Assembly (NCBI GenBank): GCA_041659905.1
Contig: JBAZXK010000001.1
Location: forward strand, 58,670 to 122,669
Length of the DNA stretch: 64,000 bases
Source of the DNA: Patescibacteria group bacterium
GTDB lineage: Bacteria; Patescibacteriota; Kazan-3B-28; UBA10110
Direction of reading: 5' to 3'
Part shown: one piece after another, positions 10,695 through 20,126 of the stretch
How positions within the stretch are numbered: the first letter of the stretch is position 1
How the letters are laid out: every line of letters starts with the position of its first letter
Program-made: the position numbers and the translations under genes
The notes under the pieces: model-generated
What the model was told of the DNA's origin: nothing
Databases searched by the model: none
What the model saw: only the letters and a program-made list of their open reading frames with translations

Positions 10695-12051
10695 ATTTTA
10701 TAACACGCTTACTCGGCAAAAAGAAATTTTCCGATCCCTTAGGCGCGGAACAGTTTCACTGTATTCTTGCGGACCGACCGTGTACCAGGCGGCGCATATT
10801 GGCAACCTCAAAACCTATTTGTTTGTCGATATTTTAAAGCGGGTGTTGGAGTACGATGGCTATCGGGTGAAGCACATCATCAATATTACGGATGTGGGGC
10901 ACTTAACTTCCGATGCCGATACCGGCATCGACAAGGTAGAAGCGGCCGCAGAGCGGGAACACAAAACTGCCCCAGAAATTACCAAACATTATGCCGATCT
11001 GTTTCAAAAAGATTTGTTAGCGTTAAATATTGAAAAACCTACCAAATTCGCCTGGGCAAGTGAGTATTTAAAAGATCAGATCAAGTTAGTTCAGGAGTTG
11101 GAGAAAAAGGGGTATACCTACAAAACCTCAGATGGTATTTATTTTGATACCGCCAAGTTTCCCGAGTACGGTAAATTAGCCAAAGTTGGGGCCGGGGAGG
11201 CGAGAGTAGCTCATAGTAGTGGAAAACACAGTGAAGCAGATTTTGCGCTATGGAAATTTTCTCGGTCTGATGAAACCAGGCAGCAGGAATGGCCCAGCCC
11301 CTGGGGCGTGGGTTTCCCGGGTTGGCATTTAGAGTGTTCCGCGATTTCCACGAAAGAGCTCGGCCAGCCGTTTGATATCCATACCGGCGGCGAAGATCAT
11401 ATCGCTATCCATCACAATAACGAAATTGCCCAAAGCGAAGCCGCTTACGGAAAGCCTCTCGCTAACTATTGGCTCCACAGTATGTTTTTACTGGTAAATA
11501 ATGCTAAAATGGCCAAAAGCCAAGGGAATTTTTTGACCTTAGCGGATTTGGAGAAACAGAATTATGAACCATTGGCTTTCCGGTATCTAGTAATTTCCAG
11601 CCACTACCGCAATAAGTTAAATTTTTCTAAAGATGCCATGGACGGGGCCCAAAATTCATTAAATAAATTACGAGAGTTTTTTGCTAAACGAGCTCCGTGG
11701 GGAAAATCATTACAAAATCATCGTAAAGCTTTTATGTTGGCTTTGGGGGACGATCTTAATATGCCGGAAGCGATCAAAGAAGTTTGGAAGGTTGTAAAAT
11801 CCGATGAGGATTTGGCCGACAAACAAGCTACCATTTTAGATTTTGATCGGGTGTTGGGATTGGGGCTTAAAAGTTATCGCCCGCCGTTAATCCCGCGAGA
11901 GATTATCGATTTATCTCGTCAACGCGAAGCAGCTCGCGTCGCCAAAGATTGGATTAAATCCGACGAATTGCGCCAAGCCATTGAAGCTAAAGGTTATCAG
12001 GTTCTCGATACCGACTCCGGCCCCACCCTCAAGAAAGCATCTAGGGACTAG
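10675..12051 (+). CDS. cysS: cysteine--tRNA ligase
   Basis: class I HIGN and KMAKSQGN (KMSKS) motifs, zinc-binding Cys, DALR-like C-terminal domain. Confidence 0.9.
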   Translation: MHPAELRFYNTLTRQKEIFRSLRRGTVSLYSCGPTVYQAAHIGNLKTYLFVDILKRVLEYDGYRVKHIINITDVGHLTSDADTGIDKVEAAAEREHKTAPEITKHYADLFQKDLLALNIEKPTKFAWASEYLKDQIKLVQELEKKGYTYKTSDGIYFDTAKFPEYGKLAKVGAGEARVAHSSGKHSEADFALWKFSRSDETRQQEWPSPWGVGFPGWHLECSAISTKELGQPFDIHTGGEDHIAIHHNNEIAQSEAAYGKPLANYWLHSMFLLVNNAKMAKSQGNFLTLADLEKQNYEPLAFRYLVISSHYRNKLNFSKDAMDGAQNSLNKLREFFAKRAPWGKSLQNHRKAFMLALGDDLNMPEAIKEVWKVVKSDEDLADKQATILDFDRVLGLGLKSYRPPLIPREIIDLSRQREAARVAKDWIKSDELRQAIEAKGYQVLDTDSGPTLKKASRD

Positions 12052-12074
12052 CCCTCCTTCGCTATAGGCTACGG

Positions 12075-12345
12075 AAGGGCAAGCATTTAGCATCTAAGGG
12101 AGAGAAAAATAATTCCCCTCCTGCCGGAGGAGGGGCTGGGGGAGGTGGGAGTATATATTCCCCGAGCGTAGTCGAGCCTGCCTGCCGGTAGGCAGGGGGC
12201 TACTTTATAATGTCCGTCATCCTGAATTTATTTCAGGATCTCCCCACCGTCATTCCCGCGGAGGCGGAAATCCAGACAAGAAAATAAACAGAAACATTTT
12301 TTCTGTTCTTTTCTAGATTCCGGCTCGGAGGCCGGAATGACGGAC
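12075..12345. repeat. composite repeat block (family C motif, family A ggggag/cctgcctgccgg palindrome, gtcatcctgaa hairpin, family B GTCATTCC...GGAATGAC element)
   Basis: matches to the other interspersed copies listed below. Confidence 0.6.
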
Positions 12346-12347
12346 AT

Positions 12348-12478
12348 AAAAAACACCCCGTTCTTTGTCCTATGGAGGTTCATTTCGCATAAAGAGTTCA
12401 GAAACGGGGTGAGGGGGGAAGAGGTTGTACGCTCACATTGACAGGAGGCTACATCTCAATCCCTTGAATATCAGGTAA
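12348..12478 (-). ncRNA. candidate small transcription unit D (promoter TTGACG-17-TATAAT at about 12479-12507 on minus, terminator 12348-12411)
   Basis: perfect -10 TATAAT with 17-nt spacer; transcript about 120 nt ending in a caccccgtt/aacggggtg stem plus T6; no RBS or credible ORF. Confidence 0.35.
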
Positions 12479-12505
12479 ATTATACTCCACCCCTGTTTTG
12501 GCGTC

Positions 12506-12709
12506 AAAAAAGAACCCGCCCGGCAGGCGGGCGGGGCGTGGTTTTGATGGCTAAAAGCCTTCCACTCTAACGAGAATTTCTGTTGCAAATTTAATGAATG
12601 TGCAAAGAGCCGAGGAACCCGATCTGGTACCCTCCAGATTGTGCGGGGAATAATAATGTACGCGCGGGGACTGCTCCCTCGGTCTATCTAACATGATTTG
12701 ACCATTAGT
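12506..12709 (-). ncRNA. candidate small transcription unit C (promoter TTGACA-18-TATATT at about 12710-12739, terminator cccgcccgcctgccgggcggg+T-run at 12506-12536)
   Basis: consensus -35, strong GC hairpin plus T-run on minus strand; next -35 starts immediately after the T-run. Confidence 0.35.
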
Positions 12710-12737
12710 AATATAGTTCATTTTTACTCTTGGTGTC

Positions 12738-12862
12738 AAAAGAAAAACCCCGCCATTAGAGGACGGGATTGTCGCGAAGAGTTTGACCGAAAGCCGATCA
12801 CGGATGCAGCTCCGTTGACGGTTGTTCCTTCGGCTGCAGAAAATGAAATAACTGTTATTTAG
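12738..12862 (-). ncRNA. candidate small transcription unit B (promoter TTGACA-18-TACAAT at about 12863-12892, terminator 12738-12768)
   Basis: same architecture as units C and D; transcript about 115 nt. Confidence 0.35.
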
Positions 12863-12890
12863 ATTGTATATTATTTCTATTCCTGGTGTC

Positions 12891-12929
12891 AAAAAAAATG
12901 ACCCCCACCGCCGTTGGCGGTAAGGGTCA
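12891..12929 (-). terminator. rho-independent terminator downstream of sdpI-like gene (unit A)
   Basis: tgaccc..ccgccaacggcgg..gggtca hairpin followed by T8 on the minus strand; TTGACA of unit B overlaps the T-run. Confidence 0.6.
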
Positions 12930-13016
12930 CAGAGGTTGACCGAAGAGGCTAATGGGGGGATTGGTCCCATTTTGTGACCCTTCGATCTGACCGGATCATG
13001 TCTTTTAGATTATAGC

Positions 13017-13682
13017 TTATTTCTGTTCTTTCCGGAATAGCAGGTAAGAATAAATCACTGGTACCAGCCCAGCCAAGATAATTCCAGCCATCGGGATGTA
13101 AAAATTCAGCGGGGTGGGCCAAATTGGTGTGGTAAAGAATAGCAATCCACCAATCACAAACATATATCCGCCCAAATGATGAGTCTTTTTCCAGTTATCA
13201 TCCGAGTTGAGTGTCCATGGCGTCCGGATACCCATAAAGAAGTTGGACTTGATTTGATGCAGATAATTGCCGATCAAAATAAACAAAGCTCCGACCGCCA
13301 TGGGCACAATTACATCAATTTTTAAGGGCTGGCCGGTAACTGCTACCCAAGTTGTAAGCAAGAACATAAATAGTAAGAATACCATCATGACATTTCTAAT
13401 CATCTGGTAGAAGCCCATGGATTGATGAAAATGTTCTCGGCGAGGTTCAAAGACTGGGATCAGTAAAAATAGCAGATACATCCCTAACATCATTACTGGA
13501 ATCCCCAAAGCGTGGCCCAGAGGGCTGGTCCAACCATCAACCTGGCCGGTAATGCCCCAATGGGATGGCACTAACGCGGGCAGTTTCGGATAAGCCCACC
13601 AGCCGACTGCTGCGGCGATAATAATAGTCAACCAAGAAAACCACTCATTGCGGATATTGAATTTGAATTTTTCTGTCGCCAT
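13017..13682 (-). CDS. SdpI/YhfL-family membrane protein (DUF1648-like immunity protein)
   Basis: multi-TM protein with IRTPWTL and W.KTHHLGG motifs characteristic of SdpI/YhfL family; ArsR-family regulator upstream on same strand. Confidence 0.6.
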   Translation of the reverse strand: MATEKFKFNIRNEWFSWLTIIIAAAVGWWAYPKLPALVPSHWGITGQVDGWTSPLGHALGIPVMMLGMYLLFLLIPVFEPRREHFHQSMGFYQMIRNVMMVFLLFMFLLTTWVAVTGQPLKIDVIVPMAVGALFILIGNYLHQIKSNFFMGIRTPWTLNSDDNWKKTHHLGGYMFVIGGLLFFTTPIWPTPLNFYIPMAGIILAGLVPVIYSYLLFRKEQK

Positions 13683-13724
13683 ATATTCTCCTTTATTGTT
13701 TAATATTTTTGAGTTACTCTCTTT

Positions 13725-13865
13725 GTCATTCCCGACCTTTCTCTTCTGTCATCCTCGACCGACGCGCATGGCGCAGTTCGGATCGGGGATCCCTGCCTAC
13801 CGGCAGGCAGGCAGGCCTAGATCCCAGATCCTGATTTGCCTTTGGCAATCCGGTCTGGGATGACA
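13725..13865. repeat. MITE-like element family B (GTCATTCCCG ... GGGATGACA) containing palindrome cctgcctaccggcaggcagg
   Basis: terminal inverted repeats; nearly identical copies at 55792-55894 and 59011-59129. Confidence 0.7.
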
Positions 13866-13866
13866 A

Positions 13867-14175
13867 TTAATACACAGAATCTTTACTATTAAATGTTTCT
13901 AATAAATTATTTAACACCTCGTAAAAAACCGTCGTATTAAGGGAATAGATAATCTTTTGGCCTTTTCGTTCGGAAGTTGCCAGATTGGCCTGTTTCAGCA
14001 CTGAAAAATGATGCGACAGCGAGGGCAGGGACAAAGCAGGGAAGCGGGAAGCAATCTGGCCAGCTGTCAGATCTCTTTTTTGGAGCAGTTTTAATATTCT
14101 TCTCCGCGTAGGATCAGACAAGGCATGCAAGGCAACTGAGATAGATTCAATAGTCATATTTAGATATTTAAACAA
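13867..14175 (-). CDS. ArsR/SmtB family transcriptional regulator (SdpR-like)
   Basis: HTH with LSDPTRRRIL and LSHHFSVLKQANL signatures of the ArsR family. Confidence 0.8.
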   Translation of the reverse strand: MFKYLNMTIESISVALHALSDPTRRRILKLLQKRDLTAGQIASRFPALSLPSLSHHFSVLKQANLATSERKGQKIIYSLNTTVFYEVLNNLLETFNSKDSVY

Positions 14176-14224
14176 CTATCTAAATACTACCAATAGATAC
14201 TTGGATTGTCAATATTCTAGGGCT

Positions 14225-14305
14225 GTCATTCCAACTCACTCGTCATCCTGAACTCGTTTCAGGATCTTTCCTGTTGTCATCCCTAGTGGAGTCGAGGGAT
14301 CTCGG
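14225..14305. repeat. family B/B' repeat copy (gtcattcc..gtcatcctgaactcgtttcaggatc..gtcatccc)
   Basis: shares the gtcatcctgaaYt..tcaggatct hairpin with 12213-12245 and 39358-39390. Confidence 0.6.
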
Positions 14306-14412
14306 CCATTTTTCTCCTATGGGTTATTGGTTTATAATGAGTTTATTCATTATCCTATTGGTGTTACATTGGCAATTGGATAAATTGGAAATTAACCCGC
14401 AGAGTTTAGTAT

Positions 14413-14486
14413 TGGGGCGTGGCCAAGTGGTAAGGCAACGGCCTTTGAAGCCGTGATCGTAGGTTCGACCCCTACCGCCCCAGCCA
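14413..14486 (+). tRNA. tRNA-Gln (anticodon UUG), CCA encoded
   Basis: cloverleaf by eye: acceptor tggggcg/cgcccca, anticodon loop cTTTGaa, T-arm gtagg-ttcgacc-cctac, 3' CCA. Confidence 0.8.
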
Positions 14487-14510
14487 TAAATTCGGAATGA
14501 AAATGATCTA

Positions 14511-14786
14511 TTGGGGGATATAATAGCGGCATTATTTGCTAAACAAACTAATAATATGATGCTTTTGCCACAAACAATGATTCAGATTGTTGGCTCTGGA
14601 GGGGGGCTCATTATTGATCTGGACAAGCAGATGCTTTTAACTGATTCCATGATTCAAATAGCAGCAGCTGCAGCGCACTCAGGTGCCAAGGTTACATTTC
14701 GTCTAGGTAAAACTATCCTTCTGAGCGATGTCATGATTCAAATAGCAGCAGCTGGTCGTGGTTCTGTAACTTTTGATCTCAGATAA
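14511..14786 (+). CDS. small protein built from three tandem about 25-28 aa repeats (MLLxxxMIQIAAA...), TTG start
   Basis: in-frame DNA-level tandem repeat atgcttttRnc..atgattcaaatagcagcagctg x3; no RBS, alternative ATG at 14556; could instead be a non-coding minisatellite. Confidence 0.3.
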   Translation: MGDIIAALFAKQTNNMMLLPQTMIQIVGSGGGLIIDLDKQMLLTDSMIQIAAAAAHSGAKVTFRLGKTILLSDVMIQIAAAGRGSVTFDLR

Positions 14787-14793
14787 AAACATT

Positions 14794-15516
14794 ATGGATC
14801 AAAACTATTATTTTATTGATGGGTCTGCTCTCTTGGCCCAAGTACGGACTCTCTGGAAAAAAGAACCTGCGTTTAATTGGCGTAGACTTGATCCTCTGAA
14901 GTTTATTAAACATCTTGCTTTTTCATACCCTGATCTTGGCTCAGCTAACTATAAAAGAGCTGAATTCTTTTTTCCATCTGGAGAACAAAATATAGAAACA
15001 TATCTTTTGACACCAGAAATCACAGCACCTGGACTCGTGCGCGATGTCCATTTTAAATACTGTGGGGAAAAATTAGATCGTTCTGTAGCGTATGAAAAAT
15101 GGTTGGAGGAAGAAGTGCCTCCACAATGGAGAGATAGGTGTGTCAAAAGTGAGAAAGGAGTAGATATAGAAATATGCTGTAATGCCTTAAGACTAGCCTC
15201 TATGGGAAAAATGGACCGGTTGTTCTTCTTTACTAACGACCGAGACTTTATTCCTCTTTGTAAAACCCTAAAAGATTTCGGTACTAATGTAAGCTTGATC
15301 CATCTTTCTAAACATACCAACCCAAATAAGCAACTTATTGACGAATGTGATTCTTATGACGTTTTAAAAGAGGACTACCTTAATAATATATTTGAAGATT
15401 CAAAGTTATCAGATGATAAGCAAATAAGTTCTATTGAAGAGATAGTTGATGTTGATGCCAACGCTACCGTTGAATTATTGCCTGAATCCCAAGAAGTTTT
15501 AGATAAAGCAATCTGA
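14794..15516 (+). CDS. NYN/LabA-like (PIN-like) domain protein
   Basis: YYFIDGSAL start and KGVDIEICCNALRLASMGKMDRLFFFTNDRDFIPL match NYN domain acidic residues; upstream in-frame ATG at 14773 is also possible. Confidence 0.65.
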   Translation: MDQNYYFIDGSALLAQVRTLWKKEPAFNWRRLDPLKFIKHLAFSYPDLGSANYKRAEFFFPSGEQNIETYLLTPEITAPGLVRDVHFKYCGEKLDRSVAYEKWLEEEVPPQWRDRCVKSEKGVDIEICCNALRLASMGKMDRLFFFTNDRDFIPLCKTLKDFGTNVSLIHLSKHTNPNKQLIDECDSYDVLKEDYLNNIFEDSKLSDDKQISSIEEIVDVDANATVELLPESQEVLDKAI

Positions 15517-15602
15517 TCTCTACTATTCTCCGACATAAAATCAATAATAGTTGGCATTATCGACATAACTGCATGGTCATTACTTATTGGCAAAATTAAA
15601 AT

Positions 15603-16016
15603 ATGAAGATAAGGCGGTATATTTCAACCGATTATTCTGATATTAAGCAAAACCTTATTGAAGGGGATTTGTTCTACGAGGAGTTAGATAACGAAAATAG
15701 ACTAAATCAGAAGATTCAGAAAGACCCCAATTCTATTTTGGTTGCAGATGTAGATAACAAAGCAGTCGGTAATGTCTTTATTATGGAAGATGGCTGGATG
15801 GCTCTAATATTTCATTTAGCTGTCAGAAAAGATTATCAGCATAAAGGCATTGGCACAGAACTACTAAAAGCTGCCGAAGCCTACCTTAAAGATAAGGGAT
15901 TCGAGGAAGTTCAGATTGTAGTTAGAGAAGCCAACCCTGAACTGCTGGGGTATTATGAAAAACTAGGATATCAGAAAGGCGGTTCCTTCAGGTGGATGAC
16001 CAAAGAGTTGAAGTAG
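15603..16016 (+). CDS. GNAT family N-acetyltransferase
   Basis: acetyl-CoA binding motif RKDYQHKGIGTELL; about 85% identical paralog at 24184-24600. Confidence 0.8.
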   Translation: MKIRRYISTDYSDIKQNLIEGDLFYEELDNENRLNQKIQKDPNSILVADVDNKAVGNVFIMEDGWMALIFHLAVRKDYQHKGIGTELLKAAEAYLKDKGFEEVQIVVREANPELLGYYEKLGYQKGGSFRWMTKELK

Positions 16017-16057
16017 AACCTGATAAGATAGAATTGAAAGAAATTAATTAATGAACC

Positions 16058-16453
16058 ATGGATTATAAGGGAGCAATTATTAAGGAAAGCTTGGAGAATA
16101 AGGATGTTCTTAAAGACATCAAAATTATAGATACCAGGGTTGAAGAAGTTACAAAAGAGCACGAAACACCTTGGCTATCCCAGTGGACAATACACAATAT
16201 TGAAGTTCCTGAAGACAAGGCAGATGAAATTGCTGAGAAACTTAGCCATTCCCTTGATTCTAACAATGGTGGAACTTGGTATGCTGACTTCAAGAATGAC
16301 CAGTACCACTATATTATTTACCGAGATAAAGTCTTTAAGGTAGATAGAAAAAGCAAGGAGCAATATGATGAGGCAGAGCAGTATGGTATTTCTATTGGAA
16401 CCACACCAAGTCAGCTCATAAACTATGAGGGTGAGTATAAAGATGCGGTTTAG
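16058..16453 (+). CDS. hypothetical protein
   Basis: 131 aa acidic ORF in the island; no recognisable motif. Confidence 0.45.
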   Translation: MDYKGAIIKESLENKDVLKDIKIIDTRVEEVTKEHETPWLSQWTIHNIEVPEDKADEIAEKLSHSLDSNNGGTWYADFKNDQYHYIIYRDKVFKVDRKSKEQYDEAEQYGISIGTTPSQLINYEGEYKDAV

Positions 16454-16464
16454 GAAGAAATAAT

Positions 16465-17439
16465 ATGGCTAAAATAATCCCACTAAATCATAGGACTATA
16501 GTTCAGCTTGTCCCTGTTTCGCCATATAACTTCGATGCTACTATCCATAAGCCATCTCATTTTCCATCATCAGACAATGAGTGGGAAAAGGGCAAATACT
16601 GGATTACTATGCGGTGGAAAGGTCAGAACTTGGGTTTGAAATTAGAAAATGAGGGGACTACTAAGAAGCCAAAGCTAAAGCTGAATGTTTATTCTCAAAA
16701 GCCGCTGACCAAAGATTTTATTGCCACTCTTATCCCAGAAATAGAGTGGAGATTTAATTTAAAATCAGATATCAGTGAGTTTTCTAATAAGTTTGAAGAT
16801 GATGAGGTGTTAGGTCCAGTATTGAAGAAATGGAAGGGAATGAAGCCTGTGGCCGCTAATTCACTCTATGAAACTTTGATGATATATATTGTCTTGCAAA
16901 ATGCGACTGTACGGAGAACAGCCCAGATGTTAGAAAATCTCTTTAATAAATTCGGTAAGCAGGTGTCTTTTGGTAACAAAGTTCTGTATACTTTTTGGGA
17001 GCCGCAAGATATTGAAAAGGTGTCAGAGGAAGACTTAAGAGTTTTAAAGCTTGGCTACCGAGCAAAATTTATCAAGAAAATCAGTCAACAGTTCGCCAGT
17101 TGAGAAATGGACGAGTTTGCTATGAGGGAGTTGGGCAGGGAAGCCCTAAAACAACAAACCCTTAAGCTATATGGTATTGGTCCAGCTTCGGTAGAATATT
17201 TATTATTTGAGGATTTCTATCATTGTGAAGGGCTGGAAACCATACCACCTTGGGAACAGAAGATATTTTCTAAACTCATTTTTGATAAGAAGCTGGTCCC
17301 TGTAGATAAAATTCTAAAATTCTTCCGCAATAGATATAAAGGGTGGGAGAAACTGGCATCCCATTATATTTGGGAAGACATTTTTTGGAAGCGAAAGACC
17401 CAAAAGATAGATTGGTTGGAGAAAGAAATAAGATTATGA
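16465..17439 (+). pseudogene. HhH-GPD family DNA glycosylase (AlkA/Ogg-like) interrupted by an in-frame TGA at 17101-17103
   Basis: ORFs 16465..17103 and 17107..17439 are in the same frame; the stop falls inside the HhH-GPD domain, ahead of the helix-hairpin-helix LKLYGIGPASVEYLL. Confidence 0.55.
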
Positions 17440-18335
17440 ATAAAAACAATACATTGACTTTAACACTCCTGTTTCTGTCAGCTGTGTTATACAGTAGTTA
17501 TTTTGTTTCCACGAAGTATATGTTGCTTCAAGGTATTCACCCCCTTGCAATTGCTTCTTCTGTCGCCACTGTCCTCACCGTGTATATAACAGTTATTATG
17601 TTTTTTGATAGAAATTTTGCCAAAGAAGTGCACAGGTTAGATTGGTATAAAATTAGTCCGTTATTAATTGCTGGGATTGCCGTATCGGGTATCGGCCCGA
17701 TATTGCTCTTTTACGGGCAAACTATGACCTCTGTCACTAACAGTGCATTTATATTTCAACTTTCTCCCTTATTTGCTGGTTTGTTGGGCATAATTTTTTT
17801 AAAAGAAAGACCACGGTTGTATTTCTGGTTAAGTCTAATAATAATCCTAGCAGGACTATTCTTTTTAACTACCAAAGGAGGCGTTAGCTCTCCTACGTTA
17901 GGCGACCTTATGGTTTTGATATTAGCATTTTTATTTGGAGCTTATAATACAATCGCCCAAACATTCTCTGTTAAAATGTCGCCCTTGACATTAAGTAACA
18001 TAAGAATGTTAGTAGGGAATATTCTGGTCATATTAAGTGCTTGGTTTATATTGGGGTCGGGTTCTGTGTTAGCACTATTTCAATTCCCATTGTTGATTAT
18101 ATTCAGTGCCCTGTTTATTTATCTCTATGTATTCGCAACACACGTAGGTATTAAACAAATAGGTTCTTCTAATACAACCGCATTACTTACAGTTACAGCT
18201 TTGTTTTCCACCTTGTTTGCTTCTTTGATAGGTGAGATACCAATGCCCATTCAGTTTATAGGAGGGTTGATTGTTATATTAGGGATAGTGTTGTTGGTTA
18301 AGAGGGGAATGAAGACTGTTACCATTCAGTCTTAG
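17437..18335 (+). CDS. EamA/DMT family transporter
   Basis: about 10 TM helices, two EamA repeats; start taken at MNKNN rather than the upstream in-frame Met. Confidence 0.65.
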
Positions 18336-18451
18336 ATATCTAGCGCATTGGTTAGTTCAGGCATATAAACACACCTGTCCAACCTCCTGAAAATCGTTAG
18401 CGTTACTGGCGGGTCAGCTCGTGATATAATCCCAGTGTATATTTATAATTT

Positions 18452-19615
18452 TTGTATATGTTTAAAAGAATATTTTATAGTGCCTTAGTGGTTATTTTAA
18501 TTATGTCTATTTCGGCACCAGTCATGGCTGCGCCGACATTTTTAATAGCTGATGAAAATGGCATAGTTAGCCTATCCAAACCTGTCAATGACGATGCGTA
18601 TATTGCCGGCGGGAATGTAACGATTGATCAGGATATCTGGGGTGACTTATTTGTGGCCGGTGGCACCATTGATATTAATACCGACATTGCTGGGGATCTA
18701 TTTATTAGCGGTGGGAACATCTCTATTCGCGGTTCAGTCGGCGATGACGTCCACATAGGGGGAGGTAATATCTCCATTTACGGAGAGATCAAAGACGACC
18801 TGATGATTGGTGGCGGAACGGTGCTGATAGCCGACACCGCAACTGTGCGGGGAGATCTTTTGGTCGGGACAGGCAATTTTGACTTGTATGGCACAGTTCT
18901 AGGCAATGTCAAAGCCGGTTTTGGCAATGCTAAAATTGCTGGGGTAATCAATGGTAACGCCGATTTGCGCTACGGCGACGGGAAGCTCATTTTTGCTGAT
19001 GGGGCTAAGATCCGTGGCCAGTTAGATTATTGGGCAAAAAGTGAGAATAATTCCTTTGATAAGATCGCAGGGACTATCACATATCATAAAATGACCAGCT
19101 CCAGATCTAGCTTGCCAATATTCGCTACCATCTTTGTTCCCACGGTCATATTGATGGGAATGTTTTGGCCGTTTATCAGCATTTTACTTTTAGGGGGGTT
19201 ATTGATTCTATTGTTGCCTAAATATCTTCCCAGGATGGTCGAAACGACTAAAAAAGATTACTGGACAGCGCTCTGGCAAGGGTTACTGTTTATTATTGTG
19301 GCCCCGGTGTTAGCTTTGCTGATTGCTTTCACTGGAGTTGGCATACCTATATCAGTAATCATGATGCTGAGTTTTGTTATTTTGGCAATTCTCGCTAGCG
19401 TACCTGTGTCGATGGCGATCGGGAGTTATCTATTAAAATACAAAGAAGGCGACAAGGCGAAACAATTTGGCGCGCTGGCCATTGGGGCATTAGTGTATGT
19501 TATTGTCGGGTCATTCCCGCTCATCGGTTGGTTGGTTAAGCTTATTCTCTTTGTGATTGGCATCGGAGCGATCTGGGTAGATTCTCGCTCCATGATCAAA
19601 AAAGGAATTTATTAG
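18452..19615 (+). CDS. membrane protein with N-terminal signal peptide, bactofilin/polymer-forming-like Gly-rich beta-repeats and C-terminal multi-TM domain
   Basis: repeats of GG(N/T)(V/I)xIxGxVxGDL; C-terminal about 5 TM helices. Confidence 0.5.
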   Translation: MYMFKRIFYSALVVILIMSISAPVMAAPTFLIADENGIVSLSKPVNDDAYIAGGNVTIDQDIWGDLFVAGGTIDINTDIAGDLFISGGNISIRGSVGDDVHIGGGNISIYGEIKDDLMIGGGTVLIADTATVRGDLLVGTGNFDLYGTVLGNVKAGFGNAKIAGVINGNADLRYGDGKLIFADGAKIRGQLDYWAKSENNSFDKIAGTITYHKMTSSRSSLPIFATIFVPTVILMGMFWPFISILLLGGLLILLLPKYLPRMVETTKKDYWTALWQGLLFIIVAPVLALLIAFTGVGIPISVIMMLSFVILAILASVPVSMAIGSYLLKYKEGDKAKQFGALAIGALVYVIVGSFPLIGWLVKLILFVIGIGAIWVDSRSMIKKGIY

Positions 19616-19787
19616 ACACCATCCACTACCCATAATCCAGTGCATCAGAGGTAGTCTAAACGCACCCGATCAATTCAGACCCAATTTTAATAATGGGTCT
19701 GTTTTACTATCTAAATTTGAATCCTCGCGTGGAGTTAAAATCTGATAAACTAAAAATGCAGTAGTTTAATAGTTAACATCTAAATAA

Positions 19788-20126
19788 ATGACATTCCTAG
19801 CGCATTGGTTGGTTTATACCTTAGCTATCATCATCACGACTTATCTCTTGCCCGGCGTTAATCTAACTGGATTTGCCGCGGCCTTGGTTACGGCATTAGT
19901 TTTAGGTTTAATCAACACAGTAATTAGACCTATTCTAATTTTATTAACTTTGCCGATCAATATTATTACTCTCGGTTTGTTTACCTTTGTCATAAATGCA
20001 GCCTTAATCTTGCTCGCTGCCGCTATTGTCCCAGGATTTATAGTTCAAGGTTTTTGGGCGGCATTAATCTTTAGTATCGTTTTGGCTATTATTGCTGCTG
20101 TCTTAAACGGGTTGTTGGGGAAATAA
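19788..20126 (+). CDS. phage holin family 4 / DUF360-like small membrane protein
   Basis: 112 aa, 4 TM helices, resembles YvlD/Phage_holin_4_2 family. Confidence 0.55.
   Translation: MTFLAHWLVYTLAIIITTYLLPGVNLTGFAAALVTALVLGLINTVIRPILILLTLPINIITLGLFTFVINAALILLAAAIVPGFIVQGFWAALIFSIVLAIIAAVLNGLLGK

Noticed and set aside
10571-11033. ORFs 10571..10837 and 10767..11033
   Set aside because: They are alternative frames inside the well-supported cysS gene.
12551-12970. 139-aa minus-strand ORF in the cysS-sdpI spacer
   Set aside because: It reads straight through three intrinsic terminator hairpins and promoter elements, has no RBS, and has a low-complexity composition. It is better explained as non-coding sRNA/terminator array sequence.
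12075-14305. CRISPR array
   Set aside because: The repeats are palindromic, of different lengths and orientations, and interspersed throughout the window. They are not regularly spaced direct repeats with unique spacers. No cas genes are present.
16465-17439. Alternative genetic code (TGA as sense codon, code 4/25) to explain the in-frame TGA
   Set aside because: recR, the HAD hydrolase and the NYN gene all terminate at TGA at their expected lengths. Many ORFs would otherwise run on. So TGA is a stop here.
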